Assembly: GCA_051251855.1 (NCBI GenBank)
Contig: JBPOGI010000001.1
Coordinates: 1,792,001-1,856,000, forward strand
DNA from: Roseibacillus sp.
GTDB taxonomy: Bacteria > Verrucomicrobiota > Verrucomicrobiia > Verrucomicrobiales > Akkermansiaceae
DNA length: 64,000 bases
Direction of reading: 5' to 3'
This document shows, piece after piece, positions 60,501 to 64,000 of this stretch. The translations under genes and the position numbers were made by a program. A model generated the notes under the pieces. That model was not told where the DNA came from and did not search any database. It worked only from the letters and a program-made list of their open reading frames with translations. How positions within the stretch are numbered: the stretch's first letter is position 1; every line of letters begins with the position of its first letter.

Positions 60501-61036
60501 GATTGCCCTCCTTCCGGAACGAACCACTGGTCGAGATAGATTTGACAGTCAGCACGTGTGGCATCGTCGCGCTGAGGATTCATTCGAACAAAAGTCACCA
60601 CCCTAAACTCATTGGGGTTATGCAAACGGTCCAACCAACGATAAATCGAGGACTCCGTTCCATTGACTTCAATATCATATCGAGCACGGTGATAATTCAA
60701 GGTGGGGTCCACTACATCGGAGCCAAACCCCTTCTTCTTCACCGTCAGACCTGCTCTAACCGCTTCGTTCTCGGCCAATTGCTGAATGCTAGTCTTCATC
60801 TTACCCACCGAGCTGGGTTGAGGCTCAAAACGGTTCAGCCAATCCTTATCAGCGCTCACCGCATCCAGAATATTGCCCATTCCCTCATTGGCCTCGGCCT
60901 TTCTCTCTGCCCCCTCCATTGCAGCCTGCATTTCGGCCATCTTAGGGGCATACCACATTTTGTAGCCCAAGAAGTTGACGGCCACGAAGGCCATAACCAC
61001 TAAAAGAATGAGAAGATTTCGTTCGCGTGAAGTCAT
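60497..61036 (-). CDS. GspM/PilO-like inner membrane protein
   Basis: MTSRERNLL plus TM, coiled coil, and a C-terminal ferredoxin-like pattern (IYRWLDRL). Confidence 0.65.
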   Translation of the reverse strand: MTSRERNLLILLVVMAFVAVNFLGYKMWYAPKMAEMQAAMEGAERKAEANEGMGNILDAVSADKDWLNRFEPQPSSVGKMKTSIQQLAENEAVRAGLTVKKKGFGSDVVDPTLNYHRARYDIEVNGTESSIYRWLDRLHNPNEFRVVTFVRMNPQRDDATRADCQIYLDQWFVPEGGQS

Positions 61037-61042
61037 GTCGAT

Positions 61043-62335
61043 TTAGAGCGTTCCCACAGGTTCCGCTCTATACTCAAAGCGCCAAGTGTTCGTATTTGTC
61101 GGTGAAGGACTGTTAATACTCCAATCAAAGCCGGAGAAATAAGCGCTCTTACCCAGATTTTCTCCGAATTGCACCGCTTGCTCAGCCTTGTCACTCTCAC
61201 CAATGAGAGTAATGAAGCGCTTGAGAACGGCTTGCCGCCCTTGTTGAAATTGGATTTCGTTATGCATCTCCGCGCGCTCGATCCGCAATCCCTCTTTGGG
61301 AGCGGCAAGGTAGGCATTATAGTATTGCTCAATGGGCCAGAATTCATTCTCAACCACCGGCTTAAGCTCATCCCACTTTGCGGTAAAGGTGGCCACCTCT
61401 TCCGCAACTGGATTGGAAAGTTCAGCACGCTTTTCGGCGACTTCGGTGCGCTTCTGGGCATCGAAATATTTGTAAGCCATAAAGCCCACTACTCCCAAAT
61501 AAGCCACCACTCCTGCTGCAATTGCGAGCTTAGTTTGACGTGCTTTCTGAACCGCAACCCGCTCCGCGCGAATATCAGCGGGAAGGAGCTTGCTCACCTC
61601 TTTAGGCAAGCGAGGCGCAGGCTTAGCAAGAGACTTTACCGGCAGATTAAGTAGCTCACCTAAGGCCTCAAGACTTTCACTCGAAGGAGCAATTTCTCCC
61701 TCTCCGGTCCACACTTGGCACTCAGACAACGGCTCTGGCAAAACTTGCTGCATCGAAAGCTGAGCCGTCCCGAGAGCGACCTCTCGTGCAAGCTGCTTAT
61801 CAAAAAGCGCACCAGGCAAAGCCTGAAAATACACGGCCTTTCCGGCAGGATCCGAAACGGCAAAAACCCAGCGACCAAACTCACGCCAAAGAACCACCGC
61901 CTTATGAGGAAGAGGCAGACAGCGAGCCGAAACATCGAAGGCATGGGGAGACTTCTTTGGAAGCCCTCCCTCAGGTGGAGGCGAAAGCACCACCGGCAAA
62001 AGCAGCGCCTCTTCCGCATCGCTCCGCAGCATGAAACAATCGCTCAAAGAACCGGCCGACTGATCCGCGCGCAGTCCACTACGCTCTAGATGAAGGTCCG
62101 CCAAATCACGGAACATCTCCTTGTCTCCAGTCGCAGCCACAAATGGAGCCGCCGAAACATCACGGACGGGAAAGGCCATCGTGAGATTACCGCCAGGCAC
62201 ACCATCAACAGCGAGAGCCTCCCGCTCGCCAGTTGCCTTCAGCAGAGAAAGCTCATCGCTCCCCCGCCAGACTTCCCAGCCTTCGGCCCCTGGAAACAGG
62301 AGCACTTGGTCGTTCTTTTTTCCCTTTTGACTCAC
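61043..62335 (-). CDS. GspL/PilMN-like protein
   Basis: Cytoplasmic domain, LLP motif, single TM, periplasmic domain; operon context. Confidence 0.6.
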   Translation of the reverse strand: MSQKGKKNDQVLLFPGAEGWEVWRGSDELSLLKATGEREALAVDGVPGGNLTMAFPVRDVSAAPFVAATGDKEMFRDLADLHLERSGLRADQSAGSLSDCFMLRSDAEEALLLPVVLSPPPEGGLPKKSPHAFDVSARCLPLPHKAVVLWREFGRWVFAVSDPAGKAVYFQALPGALFDKQLAREVALGTAQLSMQQVLPEPLSECQVWTGEGEIAPSSESLEALGELLNLPVKSLAKPAPRLPKEVSKLLPADIRAERVAVQKARQTKLAIAAGVVAYLGVVGFMAYKYFDAQKRTEVAEKRAELSNPVAEEVATFTAKWDELKPVVENEFWPIEQYYNAYLAAPKEGLRIERAEMHNEIQFQQGRQAVLKRFITLIGESDKAEQAVQFGENLGKSAYFSGFDWSINSPSPTNTNTWRFEYRAEPVGTL

Positions 62336-62365
62336 GTATTTACTACTTATTAAAGCTATTGGCTC

Positions 62366-63331
62366 TTACTGCACGATTTCTTCCCGACGTTCTAGCAGAC
62401 TTGGGTTTCCTTCGCGATTCCTAATAATCAAGGTGACGCGCCTTTTTACGTCACCCGACCACCCCGTGCTTTCCAAGCGCGTCGTCGGGCTATTGGCAGT
62501 GATACGGTGTCCATTCTGAGCAAATTCCTCTTCGGTCATAAAAACCAACCCCTGGGGTCCAGCAGCAGCTTGCGCACTCTGAAAAGGAACATCATCTTCC
62601 GTTCCCCGAATATCATCTGGCCCCCGAACCGTCTCCGGAATGATGTCCGCATCCTCAACCGTAACATTGAGAACCCGAGCAAGCTTCTCTGCACTCGCCT
62701 CGTTGACATCGAGCCCACTCTGAGTCCAAATCGTGAACCAATCCTGCCAATTCGGATTTACTCGCTCCAAAAGATCCATCCCTCGGACGAATCGCATCTC
62801 TTGTAGGTTGTAGAACGGGCGATTGAAGGGGCGATCCAAATACCCAAGATTTTCGTAATACGGCGCCTCCGCCCCATTCATTTCTTCCGTATCTCCCGCA
62901 TCCACCCAATCCACCAGGGCATCGGCAAGATCCTGAGCATCCTCCAATTCCATCCCAAAGTCGTAGAAAAGCTCTCTCAGCCATCCCTTGTCGTCAGCAA
63001 TGGGATCCTGATTACTGAGCAAAAAATTGATATCAATTTTGTCGGCTTCGGATTCGATCTTACAGGTAAAACCTTCGGTCCCGCCTTCCATGACTTGTCG
63101 TAGGATTGGGTCGTCACGCTGCACCACTGGGTTAGCACCGACCGCAATGCCCATCTCTGCCAAGTGCCGCGCCCTTGTTCCCTGCGTCAGAGAGGAAACC
63201 AAATCGCTCTCGAACTTCACCAAAGTGATCACCGAAAAGAGAGCGACCCCAAGAATCGAAAGCAGCCAAAAGACAGCCACCATCGTGGAGCCTTTTTTAT
63301 TCCCTCTAGAATTCAAACTTCTCATTTTCAA
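62366..63331 (-). CDS. gspK: Type II secretion minor pseudopilin K
   Basis: Prepilin-like KG/STMVAVFW; KIDIN, ALVDWVD, NGAE, LQEMRFVRGM, LDVNEAS. Confidence 0.88.
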   Translation of the reverse strand: MKMRSLNSRGNKKGSTMVAVFWLLSILGVALFSVITLVKFESDLVSSLTQGTRARHLAEMGIAVGANPVVQRDDPILRQVMEGGTEGFTCKIESEADKIDINFLLSNQDPIADDKGWLRELFYDFGMELEDAQDLADALVDWVDAGDTEEMNGAEAPYYENLGYLDRPFNRPFYNLQEMRFVRGMDLLERVNPNWQDWFTIWTQSGLDVNEASAEKLARVLNVTVEDADIIPETVRGPDDIRGTEDDVPFQSAQAAAGPQGLVFMTEEEFAQNGHRITANSPTTRLESTGWSGDVKRRVTLIIRNREGNPSLLERREEIVQ

Positions 63332-64000
63332 CCTCCTCCTCCCCCACTACCAGGAGTCGTAGGAGTCGCCGTTGGTGGAGTCCCTTGACCCTGGCCTCCT
63401 CGCCCACTTCCTCCCGTATTTGCTGCTCCGTTTTGCTGTTGATTGAGACCTTGCATCAATGATGACGGATTGGCTTTAGGAGGAATCCAAAAGTAGTGCA
63501 CCACTTCCTCACCATCGGGATCAAAAACGGCATTCAACTCCACTTGGAGCGGAAGTCGACTTGGAATATCCCAATCACTAATCCACTCATTGGTGCGGAT
63601 ATCCAAGACACGCAACTCAAAGCGCCAGATATCACGGTAGAGAATGATCGTTCCTGCGGGCTCCTGCCCGGCATCCCCAAAACCTTCCTCACTATCTAAC
63701 AAAGACTCCTCATAATACTCAAGGACCACATTTACCCCTCCACTGGGAACAGGGACCGTCGTCAATACAATCGCCTGTGCCGAAATCGGCTGCCCCGCGA
63801 ACGAGAACGAAGCCGGCGCATTTTCAATCGTCAAAGTTGGCAAAAAGCGCTGAGAAGTCTCCCTCGTCTGCAACTCAATCACCGCATTACCAGGAAGCTG
63901 CTCAAAATTACGCCCGAGGAAGTTCAAAAAAGCCTCCCGGCGAGTCTGCATCCGCCCTTCCGTCACGATCTTGTCGGCCAAGCTCAAAGAACCCGTCGCG
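63328..64000 (-). CDS. GspJ-like pseudopilin (partial, starts beyond the window)
   Basis: Frame is open to the right edge; EWISDW...LPLQVEL motif; overlaps the gspK start. Confidence 0.6.
   Translation of the reverse strand, partial: ATGSLSLADKIVTEGRMQTRREAFLNFLGRNFEQLPGNAVIELQTRETSQRFLPTLTIENAPASFSFAGQPISAQAIVLTTVPVPSGGVNVVLEYYEESLLDSEEGFGDAGQEPAGTIILYRDIWRFELRVLDIRTNEWISDWDIPSRLPLQVELNAVFDPDGEEVVHYFWIPPKANPSSLMQGLNQQQNGAANTGGSGRGGQGQGTPPTATPTTPGSGGGGG

Overview
Bacterial chromosome window, most likely from a Verrucomicrobiota organism (inferred from DUF6288-type, DUF6797-type and autotransporter-repeat proteins and a shared F-x-R-L-x-V C-terminal tail). Housekeeping genes are nadK, tlyA, selA, folD, rnr, a DAHP synthase, araB/araD, an iscU-like gene, gltX, glnII and purU, plus the distal part of a type II secretion-like operon. 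Two features are not shown by the ORF track. (1) Directly after selA there is a probable selenoprotein (19910-20785): a lipoprotein with an in-frame UGA in a thioredoxin-like VPG-U-GPC motif, a SECIS-like hairpin, and a fused MsrA-like domain. (2) At about 20.8-27.9 kb, a run of co-oriented accessory genes is separated by homologous ~100-125 bp AAC...GTT-bounded spacers that resemble decayed attC sites; no integrase is present in the window. Also notable: three unrelated secreted proteins share a C-terminal tail, an active/inactive Deg protease pair, a mini-kinase/PP2C fusion, a sigma-54 activator lacking its HTH, a sigma-54 promoter before glnII, and a MITE-like palindromic element. All calls were made by eye; no database searches were run.
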